From the human T2T-CHM13v2.0 reference genome, Homo sapiens, in the NCBI RefSeq assembly GCF_009914755.1, contig NC_060947.1: 64,000 nucleotides of DNA. One strand, given 5' to 3'. The position numbers were made by a program, and so were the translations under genes. The notes under the pieces were generated by a model that was given only the letters and a program-made list of their open reading frames with translations, did not search any database and had not been told where the DNA came from. Positions 18,200 to 33,445 of the stretch are shown in pieces. Every line of letters starts with the position of its first letter. The first letter of the stretch is position 1.

Positions 18200-19740
18200 G
18201 GGTGGGTTAATTACAGCTTTGCTTCTAACTGGCTGTGTGACCCTGGACAAACCCCTGTTCTTTCTGCTTCAATTCCCTCAATTGTAACGGGAGAACTACA
18301 ATGATTCTCTCATTTCCTCCTTCACAACTGTGTCCTTCATCACAGATACATATAATATAAACTCTCTCTCAGAGACAGACTCTCTCTGTCTCTTACTCAT
18401 GCATAGATACAAGTATTTAAAATGTTTTTTAGATTTGTATAAGAGTTGCAAGATAGTACAGAAGGTTGCTGTTTACTCTTCACTCAGCTTCCTCTAATGG
18501 TAACATCTCATATAACCATGGTACACTCATCAAAACTAAGAAATACTCATCTCATTTGAAATCACTGTTTTCTTTCACCTCCAGAATTTTGTCCATCTTA
18601 TTCCTGCTGTATGGAATATTTCTCTACTTAGTGAAGTCATCCGTCTTTGCAGAGGAAGCCATCACAGACCACTTTAAGCCACTGGGCCTGCTTCTTCCTT
18701 TGCAGTCTCTGAGATCTCAACATCATGTGGTAGCTCACATATTTATTGGACATTTTTTATTGTCATGCCTCATCTTTCCTACAACATTGGAAGCTCCTAG
18801 CAAGAAAGAACTATATCTAGTAGTGCAGTGGTTCACAAATTGGTATGCACACCTACATTACCTGAGAATCAGATATCTACACCCCGTGCTGGACCACGTA
18901 AATCAGGGTCTACTTTTTAAAGCCCTTCAGATGCTTTAATCTAGTGAGTTCAAATATCCTGTTCAGTGGAAGTCACTACCCTTCAGCATCTACTATAGCC
19001 TCTGTCCTGGGTCCTCATCTTGTGTTTTTCTTCCTCCTTCACTGTTGCCCATTGATGATCTCCATCTTTTGGTCTTAATCTCTCTAAGCTTCAGTGTGCT
19101 TACCTACAAAATAGGGATAAAATAGTACCTTCCTCATACTGCTGCTATAAGCATTATAATTCAGGCACATACCTTAATGTATGCCAAGTGTGTCTGTCCT
19201 ATAATAGCCCTAAAAAATGTTATACTTGGTTTTAGGCAAGACATTTTACTACTTTGTTTCCCTATCTGAAGATGAGAAAACTGAATACTGTACTCTCTTG
19301 GAGGGCCACCACTCAATGATTCTATTAATACCATCAATGTCATTTATGCATTTATAAGAGATGATTCACTTAACCTAACCAACTCTGTCCCCACCTCTGT
19401 TGTCACACTTGTTAGATTATGAATCCCTCATACTCGGGTTTATCTTGTTCATCTTCAATTCCCCACAGAGTTTCAGACACAGTGGCTGGGATGACAGTGA
19501 GGAAAGAAGATGAAGAAATAACTTATATTGGTTGTCCAGTCTGCCCTATGAGGGCTTAATGGCTGTTATTTCATTTCATCCTCAATATAGATCTTTTAAG
19601 TAGATCTTATCACCAAGATTTACTGATGAAGAAACCGAGGCTAAGGTGGATATTTTGCTAAAATTCCCATAGGAATAAGGGAATCAGAATTTTATTCAAG
19701 TATTGAATTGATTCAAAATCCCCATTCTGTCTTCTTTCCC
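18200..19740. mobile_element. Cluster of short old repeats (MIR, L1MC, L2, MER5-like fragments)
   Basis: MIR motifs at ~18200-18310, 19080-19200 and 19520-19740; L1 piece 18420-18545; L2 18560-18825; MER5-like 18826-18975. Confidence 0.5.
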
Positions 19741-20689
19741 TTGCTGACTCACCAAAGCAGTTCTCAACAAACAGGATTGAGTTGAATCAAGTTGAAAATG
19801 GAGGAGCTAAAAAAGAAAAACAAAAAAAGGAAGATTAAAGACTTCTATAGGAATTATTTTTATCACTCAATCAAATACTTAGAGCAGACAGCACTAGAGC
19901 TCACCGTTATATGCCTTTCTTTTCTTCTTCCTGGGTGTACAACTAAACTCTATTTTCCCACCTCCCTTACCTTTCAATAGGGCCATGTAACTAAGCTGTG
20001 GCCAAAGGAATGTGATCAAAACTAATGTGTACCACTATTTGTGTGTTCACTCATAGCAAACTTGAAGAACGCTTGTGGGAGATGACGCAATCTCAAGACA
20101 AAAATATCCTGGGTTCCAGAACGAACAAATGGACCATAACTTCCCCATACACCCTCCATTCTCCTTGAGAAGTGAAAAACAGGATGAATTTATGGCTTTT
20201 TTGGAGATCAAAACTATATGACCTATATTGAGGCTGTGACTGGGCATCAACCTCCTTAGATCTATGTTGTATCTAGCTTTCTGCTATTACTATACCCTCA
20301 ATCTCATGAGTGCTTTTCTTGCCCCTTTTCCATTTGATTCTCACAATCCTAGGAGGTTTGCAGAATAAGAAATGTTAATCTTACTTTTCAGATGAAGAAA
20401 CCAGAGGTCAGAGCTATTACCTGAATTGCCCAATGTGACATAGTTAACAGGTTGGAACAATCTTGCTTGTCAAGTCTCTATATCCTTTAACTACCTGCTT
20501 TGCAACTTTGTAATGTGGCAATATGAGCTTCTATTCCCTTCAGTACAAAGTAAAGTTGTTCATCTTTGTGGTTTTATTCATACTGTTCTGACCCTAATGT
20601 CTTTGCTTTTACTTTTGGCCACTACCACTTCCCTGATATGAAAATTTCTCTCCCTCCTTCTGCAGGCATACACACTGACATACAGTTTT

Positions 20690-21345
20690 ACCTGGTTATG
20701 GAAATGTAAAATGGTACAGCTGCTGTAGAAAACAGTTTGGCAGTTCTTCAAAATGTTAAACACAGTTACCATATGACCCAACAACTCAACTCATAGATAT
20801 ATACTCAAAAAATTGAAAACATATGTTCACATAAAACTGTACACAAATGTTTATGGTAGCATTATTCATAATACCCAAACAATGGAAACAACTTAAATGT
20901 TCATCAACTGATGAATGGATAAACAAAATGTGGCATACCCTTATATGAAGTATCACTTAGCAATAAGACGGAGTGAAACACTGATACATGCTACAACATG
21001 GATGAGTCTTGAAGTACTATAATGAGTGAAAGAAGCCAGACACAAAAGGCCACATGTTGTGTAATTCCACTTATATGAAATGTCCAAAATAGACAAATCC
21101 ATAGAGATGGAAAATAGCTTTGTGGTTGCCAGGAACTGGGGAGAGGGGGTATTGAGGAGTCACTGCTAATGGGTATGTAATTTCTTTTTGGAATGACGAA
21201 AATATTCTGGAGTTAGATGATGTTTACTTAGATAATGATGATAGTTTTATAACCTTGTGAATATACTAAAAACCACTGACTTGTACACTTTATATTGGTG
21301 AATTTCATGGCATGTGAATTATATTGCAATTTTTTAAAAGGCAAA
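20690..21345 (+). mobile_element. L1MB-like 3' end
   Basis: gaaatgtaaaatggtacagctgctgtagaaaacagtttggcagttc...gaagccagacacaaaaggccaca...catgtgaattatattgcaatt. Confidence 0.85.
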
Positions 21346-22040
21346 AAAGAATGTTGCCTGGCTAACACCTATTTGCAGTTTACTATTTCACACATGCATC
21401 AACTCCTTCAGAAAGTTTTTCTTCATATCTCCCTCATGTGCTCCCATAACATCTGTGAGATTGTTACTACGTGTATTGTGATGACACATGTTTTTGCTTT
21501 GCTTCCTCTCAGATATTATGTAAGAATATAATATCTGAGCTCACCAATATATGCATTTCTCTTCTGTTGAGTTTGTTGACTCCTGTTTTGTGGCACATTT
21601 TGTTGAATTTTTGTAAATATTCCCTGTATATTAGAAAAACATACATGTTCCCTAGATGCCAAGTAAAGGGTTCTTTAGGGCTATCCAATAAACAGTGTTG
21701 CTCAAAACTTCTACATTCTACATTTTTTCATTCTGCTTTATCTGTCAGTTATTGAGAAAATATATTAAAATATTCCATTGATTGTGAAATTAAAAATTCA
21801 TAGTAGTTTGAAGACACATTGTAACATCTATACAGGTGTTTCATTCTACTGAAGTTTCTTTTTAATACTATAAAATATTTCCCAAACCTAAAAATATTTA
21901 TTTTCTTGGAGCTCCATTTTGATTAATATTGAATATAGCTATAATTTGCCTTGTTTGGTTAGTATTTGCCGTCTATATTTTTATTCCTCCACTATTTTTT
22001 CATATAAAGTAGACTTTAAAATTTATATTGAGGTTTGGTT

Positions 22041-22052
22041 CCAAGATGGCCG
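22041..22052 (-). promoter_or_regulatory. YY1 site of the L1 internal promoter
   Basis: ccaagatggccg, the canonical L1 5'-terminal YY1 motif. Confidence 0.8.
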
Positions 22053-22128
22053 AATAGGAACAGCTCCAGTCTATAGCTCCCAGCGTGAGCGATGCAGAAG
22101 ACGGGTGCTTTCTGCATTTCCAACCGAG

Positions 22129-23081
22129 GAACGCAGCTCCTCACCAGCAACAGAACAAAGCTGGATGGAGAATGACTTTGACGAGCTGAGAGAAGAAGGC
22201 TTCAGACGATCAAACTTCTCCGAGCTAAAGGAGGAAGTTCGAACGCATCCCAAAGAAGTTAAAAACCTTGAAAAAAGATTAGACTAATGGCTAACTAGAA
22301 TAACCAATGCAGAGAAGTCCTTAAAGGACCTGATGGAGCTGAAAACCATGGCACGAGAACTACGTGATGAATGCACAAGCTTCAGTAGCTGATTCGATCA
22401 ACTGGAAGAAAGGGTATCAGTGATTGAAGATCAAATGAATGAAATGAAGCTAGAAGAGAAGTTTAGAGAAAAAAGAATAAAAAGAAATGAACAAAGCCTC
22501 CAAGAAATATGGGACTATGTGAAAAGACCAAATCTACGTGTCTGATTGGTGTACCTGAAAGTGATGGGGAGAATGGAACCAAGTTGGAAAACACTCTGCA
22601 GGATATTATCCAGGAGAACTTCCCCAACCTAGCAAGGCAGGCCAACATTCAAATTCAGGAAATACAGAGAACGCCACAAAGATACTCCTCGAGAAGAGCA
22701 ACTCCAAGAGACATAATTGTCAGATTCACCAAAGTTGAAATGAAGGAAAAAATGTTAAGGGCAGCCGGAGAGAAAGGTCGAGTTACCCACAAAGGGAAGC
22801 CCACCAGACTAACAGCTGATCTCTCAGCAGAAACTCTACAAGCCAGAAGACAGTGGGGTCCAATATTCAACATTCTTAAAGGAAAGAATTTTCAACCCAG
22901 AATTTCATATCCAGCCAAACTAAGCTTCATAAGTGAAGGAGAAATAAAATACTTTACAGACAAGCAAATGCTGAGAGATTTTGTCACCACCAGGCCTGCC
23001 CTAAAAGAGCTCCTGAAGGAAGCACTAAACATGGAAAGGAATGACTTGTACCAGCCACTGTAAAAACATGCCAAATTGTAA
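22129..23081 (+). pseudogene. L1 ORF1p lacking its N-terminus, disrupted
   Basis: ORF fragments 21919-22287 and 22509-23063 carry ORF1p sequence; no ORF1 start codon. Confidence 0.9.
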
Positions 23082-23144
23082 AGACCTTCGATGCTAGGAA
23101 GAAACTGCATCAACTAATGAGCAAAATAACCAGCTAACATCATC

Positions 23145-26839
<3,695 letters not shown>

Positions 26840-27608
26840 ACAATGAGAACACTTGGACACAGGAAGGGGAACATCACACACCAGGGCCTGTTGTGGGGTG
26901 GGGTGAGGGGGAGGGATAGCATTAGGAGATATACCTAATGTAAATGACAAGTTAATGGGTGCAGCACACCAACATGGCACATGTATACATATGTAACAAA
27001 GCTGCATGTTGTGCACATGTACCCTAGAACTTAAAGTATAATAAAAATATATATGTATATAAAAAAATAAATAAATAAAAAAAGCTTTAAAAATCAAATT
27101 GGGCTAGTCTTAACACGTCAGTCAAATTTGAAAAGGTTCATTTTTATGCAAATAAACTATCAATCTACTAATGAATGGTAAAAACAAATTCAAATTGACA
27201 TTCTCTGCCTTTAACTAGTCAGTTTCGTCTTTTTACATTTTTGATGATTGCTGATTTATTTAGGTTTATTCAAACTATCTTATTTTGTGCTTTATGTTTT
27301 GCTTTTTTTGTGCATATTTTTCTTTTTCTGTTTTTATTAAATTGTTTTGGTTCTTTATCTTCTAAATAATACAAGGGCTAAGACTACTTAAACTATATTC
27401 AGTCTTTTAATTTCCATTTTGCATATCATTTTCAGAATTTAGTACAACTTGCTTTTGATATTTCCCAAACTTTTCAATTGCAATTACTATTGTGTTAAAG
27501 CCAATATGTTTATATTTTTATATTCATACTTTCTGGCATCACTATTAATTTTTGTATCTCAGTTCTTCTATGTTCAATTTCCTCCTTATACAAACACATC
27601 TTAAAAAA

Positions 27609-27998
<390 letters not shown>

Positions 27999-28199
27999 TA
28001 GCTCTATCTTCATTTCTGTCATCTGTCTTTCTTATGACCACACATACTTCCTTACACTATTTTTTTTTTTTTTACAGAATGTCTCAATATTTTTAGGAAG
28101 TTTTTTTTTCTGCTATCTTAGTCTGTCATGTTGCTGGAACCAGAGGTTTGTAACAACTTCATAATTGCATTCCTTACAGCCAGTCTTGCAAATCTCAAA

Positions 28200-28755
28200 T
28201 CTATTTTTACAATTACAGCCAGAAAGATAGTTTTTAAATGCAAATGTCACTCCCCAACTTAAAAATATGTCATGGCCTGTAGGAAAAAGACCAAATCTTT
28301 GGCATGACTATAAGCTTTTCCTGTGATACGAATCATGCCTATATCTAAAGCCTTATCCCTTCGCAGTTACTGGCTATAAGGAACTGTTTTTCTGCAAATA
28401 AGTCATGTTTGCTCTCATCTCACAGCATTCATATAAGCTGTTCTTTCTGTATAACCCCTCCTTTCAACATTTGGAAACGTTTAACATTTCCAGTTCTTGT
28501 TAAACCTTCTGATTTCTGCTTAAATGTTACTTCTTCCAAAGGCCTTCACTGGTCACCTGTGTATACCCTGTGTACACCTTTATAACATCCTCAATCTTGT
28601 AATTATCATTCAAGTCTGTCTTTCTGTCTTGGTGCTGAGCTTCATAAAAAGTGAGACTTTGTCTCTCTTGTTCACTATTTTTGCCCTAGCAATTAATCTA
28701 GTGCTTGGTATATACTAGGGGCTTAATAAATCCCTGTGAACAAATGCATGAACAA
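28200..28755 (+). mobile_element. L2 3' region
   Basis: cagccagaaagatag...ttgttcacta...ctagtgcttggtatatactaggggcttaataaat...tgaacaaatgcatgaa. Confidence 0.65.
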
Positions 28756-29570
28756 GTTATGCATTCCATTTGTGATTGGAGTTCACTGACCAGAGCTTTG
28801 TTTAATATCAGATTGCTGCTATAAGTTTTAAGAACAGAACAGCTCCTTAAGGAAAAGTCTCTTTTAAAACATAAATGATGTGTTGGGAGAATTCTGTTCC
28901 TTGAGAAGTGAAGATAAAAGTGAAGTAAAACCCCACATTCCTCTTTCAATTCAGCCAAACAGGTCAGAAGGGAGAAAGACAGGCATGGTTTACAGGACCT
29001 CAGTGCAGGCATAGTAATGAGAATTACTCATTCAATCAGTGAGAATGCTTGGGTGAGACAAAGGAATCTTTAAAAGTTGAGCAAGAATAATTTTCTATTT
29101 CTTCTGGATCTGTGACCTCCAGCAGGACTTAAAGTAGTGTTAGGACATGCTTCACGGTGTTGCAAAAGAGCAGGCCGTCTTGTCATCAGGCACAGAGTAA
29201 ACAAGGAATCACAGGACTATGAATCAATAATGCAATTTAGATTTTATAACCATTGTTCATAACCACACACTGCTATCCTTAAAACTATGTCAAGAATCAG
29301 GTGTTCATTGACTAGAAGGCCAGAATCTGTAATTGTGTCTAATATGTTTTTATGACCACAAGGAACTTAATTCTATTATCTTTTAACTTTAACAGTAATC
29401 TTTCACTGCTTTTGCAGATAACGTTCTTTCATGCTAGTATTCACTTTTACTGCAGGATATAGCAGCAAGCCTTGTTTAAAATATTTTCTTCTATGTCATG
29501 ATCCGGAATGAATAATTACTTTCAATATGTAAGTTGTCTTTGCTTGTTTTCTTTTATCCTCCGCTTCCTG

Positions 29571-29613
29571 TTTATTTATTTTATTTATTTATTTATTTAT
29601 CTATTTATTTATT
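29571..29613. repeat. (TTTA)n microsatellite
   Basis: Direct reading. Confidence 0.85.
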
Positions 29614-31333
29614 GGTGGAGACAGAATGAGAGAAAGCATAGAGAATGAAGTGTTTTCTTTTCAGGGTCTACTCATTATTGTTTCCCCATCAAGTCCATCA
29701 CGAAGATAAAAAGCAAAGTCAGAAAGAATAATTGCAAGAGATAAAAATAAAACACAAACATTTCAAAAATGATTATTCTTATCTTCTAAAGGAAGCCCTG
29801 ACATACTAGTTTTTGGTATAAAAATATGCCCATTTACACAGCTCTCTGTAGATAGAGCCACTACTGCATGGGAAGTAGATGTCAGAGAATTTTCAAGTCT
29901 GTTAGCAGGAGGGAATAGATTATGAAAAGCAATTCCCAAGGCAGTGATGGCTCTAAATATTCACCCTTCACTTCAAATAGCTCACCAAATATTGATTGAA
30001 TTTTCTTAGTTAAATTTTCTACTTAGTGCCTGAATTATGATAATGAAGATTTAATTAGGTTATGAAAGCTATGTTTTAAGAATTCAAATTCCTTTGGGAG
30101 GATTAAGAAATCATTCTCACGTTAGTGTGAATTAGTTCAGACTGCTTTTAACTGAACTATTATCTCAACTTCACAGAGCTTTGATGGGGAAGGGGTGAAA
30201 CATTTGGGACAGCATGAAGACATGGATATTCTTAAGAAAGGGGAATAAAGGGCAAAACAAAGTTCACAAAGGGAAATGAAAGAGTACTAAAAGTAAAGGC
30301 ATTTTCTTCTTCCTTCTAACACCTAAACTGATCCAGCCTTCAGACACGTATTATTGATATTAGCGTCTAGCTAAATCATGGTTTATTAGTCTTTTAGAAC
30401 TGCCTAGATGAGCTAACTGCCATTTAAATATATTAGAAAGATATTCTGAGATTCAAATCTTGATGTATAACTATACTTTTGACATTATAGGTTGTTCATA
30501 TGTTGTTATGTACATCATTTTACATCAGTTTGGAATAAAAATTTTGAGACAACATACAATAAGATACCTAGATGCTATAAATATTATTAAAAGTCTTAAT
30601 GTATTGACTTCTTGGCTTATTGGGAAGAAAAAACCTCTCTCCAGTACTTTTCCAGACTAATGCTTATTTTTGGAGAGTATGCTGTTAGAGTCTACTGACA
30701 TTTATAAGAAAGAAAAAAAATCCTATATTTCTCAGTTTTTAAGTTGTCACCTATCAGACACATAGTGAGGAACAAAATATAAGTTATAAAAATGGCTCTG
30801 AATGACCACAGTATCAATATTTCTGCCCTTTGCTCACAGGAAAGCTACTCAGAGTAACCTCAACACTTATTTACTCTTACTTTACATACACTTCCAATAA
30901 GATGGATTTTCTGGCTTTCAAGTCCAAAATAGCTTGGAGGTAGTGAATTAAGGTTGGGGGTGGGGGTGGTATGGGAAGAGGTCCTTATTTAACCTCATAG
31001 AACTCTGTAAGTGGCATATTACTTTCAGAGAAGTTATCTTTATTTTCCTTAAAATTATTTTTGAAGCTTACCTATCTTGAGTGAATTCTCTTTTGCAGCC
31101 TCAGGACTGAACACTTTATATGTTACTTAATTACATCTCGGTCAGTTCAATGAGTTAGAAATTACTGTCTGCATATTCTCTCCTACTTCCTCTCCCTGTA
31201 TCCTCATAGAACTAAGTGGTAGGCTAGGGATATTTATTGCATCAGTGTAATATTTGAAGGGTAAGGCTATAGTTCAAATAACATCCAGGGTATCATTTTT
31301 GGAAAATTTTTATGTCATGATTGCTGCTAAGAG

Positions 31334-32463
31334 CATATATATATGTATCATATATATGTATCATATATATGTATCATTCATATGTATCATTCATATGTAT
31401 CATATGTATGTATCATTCATATGTATCATATGTATGTATCATTCATATGTATCATATGTATGTATCATTCATATGTATCATATGTATGTATCATTCATAT
31501 GTATCATATGTATGTATCATTCATATGTATCATACGTATGTATCATATGTATGTATCATATATGTATCATACGTATGTATCATATGTATCATACGTATGC
31601 GTCATACGTATGTATCATATATGTATCATATATATGTATATATGTATCATATATGTATCATATGTATCATATGTATCATATATGTATCATATATGTATCA
31701 TATGTATCATAGGTATCATATATATGTATCATATGTATCATATGTATCATATATATGTATCATATGTATCACATGTATCATATATATGTATCATATATAT
31801 CATATGTATCATATATATGTATCATATATATGTATCATATGTATGTATCATATATGTATCATATATATGTATATGTATGTATCATATATATGTATATGTA
31901 TGTATCATATGTATGTATATGTATGTATCATATGTATGTATCATATGTATCATATGTATGTCTCATATGTATGTATCATATGCATCATACGTATGCATCA
32001 TACGTATCATATATGTATCATATATATGTATATGCATGTATCATATATGTATATGCATGTATCATATATATCATATATATGTATATGTATGTATCATATA
32101 TGTATCATATATGTATATGTATGTATCGTATATGCATCATATATGTATCATATGTATGTATCATATATATGTATCATATGTATGTATCATATACGTATAT
32201 GTATGTATCATATATATGTATCATATATGTATATGTATGTATCATATTTATGTATCATATATGTATATGTATCATATATATGTATCATATATGTATATGT
32301 ATGTATCATATGTGTCATATATGTATATGTATGTATCATATATGTATCATATATATGTATCGTATGTATCATATATATGTATCATGTATGTATCACATGC
32401 ATGTATCATGTGTATGTATCATGTGTATGTATCATATATATATATTTATATATATATATATCA
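31334..32463. repeat. ~1.1-kb AT-rich compound micro/minisatellite built from CATATGTAT/CATATATGTAT-like units
   Basis: Direct reading; includes a 26-bp higher-order unit tcattcatatgtatcatatgtatgta at ~31387-31530. Confidence 0.97.
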
Positions 32464-32659
32464 TGACACCTCCCCCACACCAACCCAATGGCAGATGGCT
32501 TTGCCTCTCATAAGAGAGGAGTCCAGAACATGGGTAGATCTCCTCTCTGCCTCATAGTAACAGCTAATCACCACCTTGTGCTTATGCAGTTTGTTCTACC
32601 CTCAAACTTAGGCGGAACTTGCAAGCCTGCACCATGGATAAGTGGCTCTCTTGAGTTTC

Positions 32660-33445
32660 ATAACCTCATATAAATTAATTAAGAGAAACAATGCCATACA
32701 AAAATGGGGAAAATATATGAACAAGCAATTCTCAAAATAGGAAATATAAATGTTTTATATATATCGAATTTTCTCAAGTTTGCTAGTAATCAAGGAAATG
32801 CCAATTAAAATGTATTCACATTATTTGTGGTGAGGATACACTGATGTTACGAGTATACATTTGTATAAAAATTTGGAGATCAATTTGGCAATGCATATTA
32901 ATGTAATACACATCTTATTGCTCAGACATTCTATTCCTAGGTCTAGATCCTGGAGAAACTCTCACACATGCACATACAAACACTAATACAATAGAAGGAA
33001 TTTAATGATAGCAAAAATTAGAAAGAACCCAAATGTCAATCATGAAGAGAATGTTTCCGTTATTGCTTATCCATCCAACAGAAGAATCTACAGCAGTGGA
33101 AAAATCCACTACACCTATCCATGCGGATGAAAATCTACATTTAATAGTAAATGAGGAAAGCAAGTTTCAGAAGTATATGAACAGTATACCATTTATATAA
33201 AATTTAAAACATTAGATAATATTCAAACAAATACACATAAATAAGAAAATGTAGAGAAATCCATCAAATCCTAGGCTATGTTTACCTATGGAAGGGGGTG
33301 TGAAGTTTCTTCAAGGAGACATCAAGTGGGGGCATGAATTTTTTGGGTATATATCATTTCCTAAGTTGGGTGAGATGTACATATGTGTTTGTTATATTAT
33401 TTCAATACCTTTCATATAATTGAAATATTTCAAAATAAATTTAAA
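32660..33445 (+). mobile_element. Old L1ME-like 3' region
   Basis: aaaatatatgaacaagcaattctc...aatttggcaat...aacccaaatgtc...aagcaagtttcagaa. Confidence 0.6.

Noticed and set aside
18466-18939. 157-aa ORF
   Set aside because: Spans L1, L2 and MER5 fragments; non-ATG start; no recognisable protein.
31387-31530. 26-bp repeats as a CRISPR-like array
   Set aside because: Head-to-tail units with no unique spacers, no cas genes, primate DNA.
31321-32557. 381-404 aa ORFs as genes
   Set aside because: Entirely low-complexity repeat translation; the repeat unit lacks stop codons on +.
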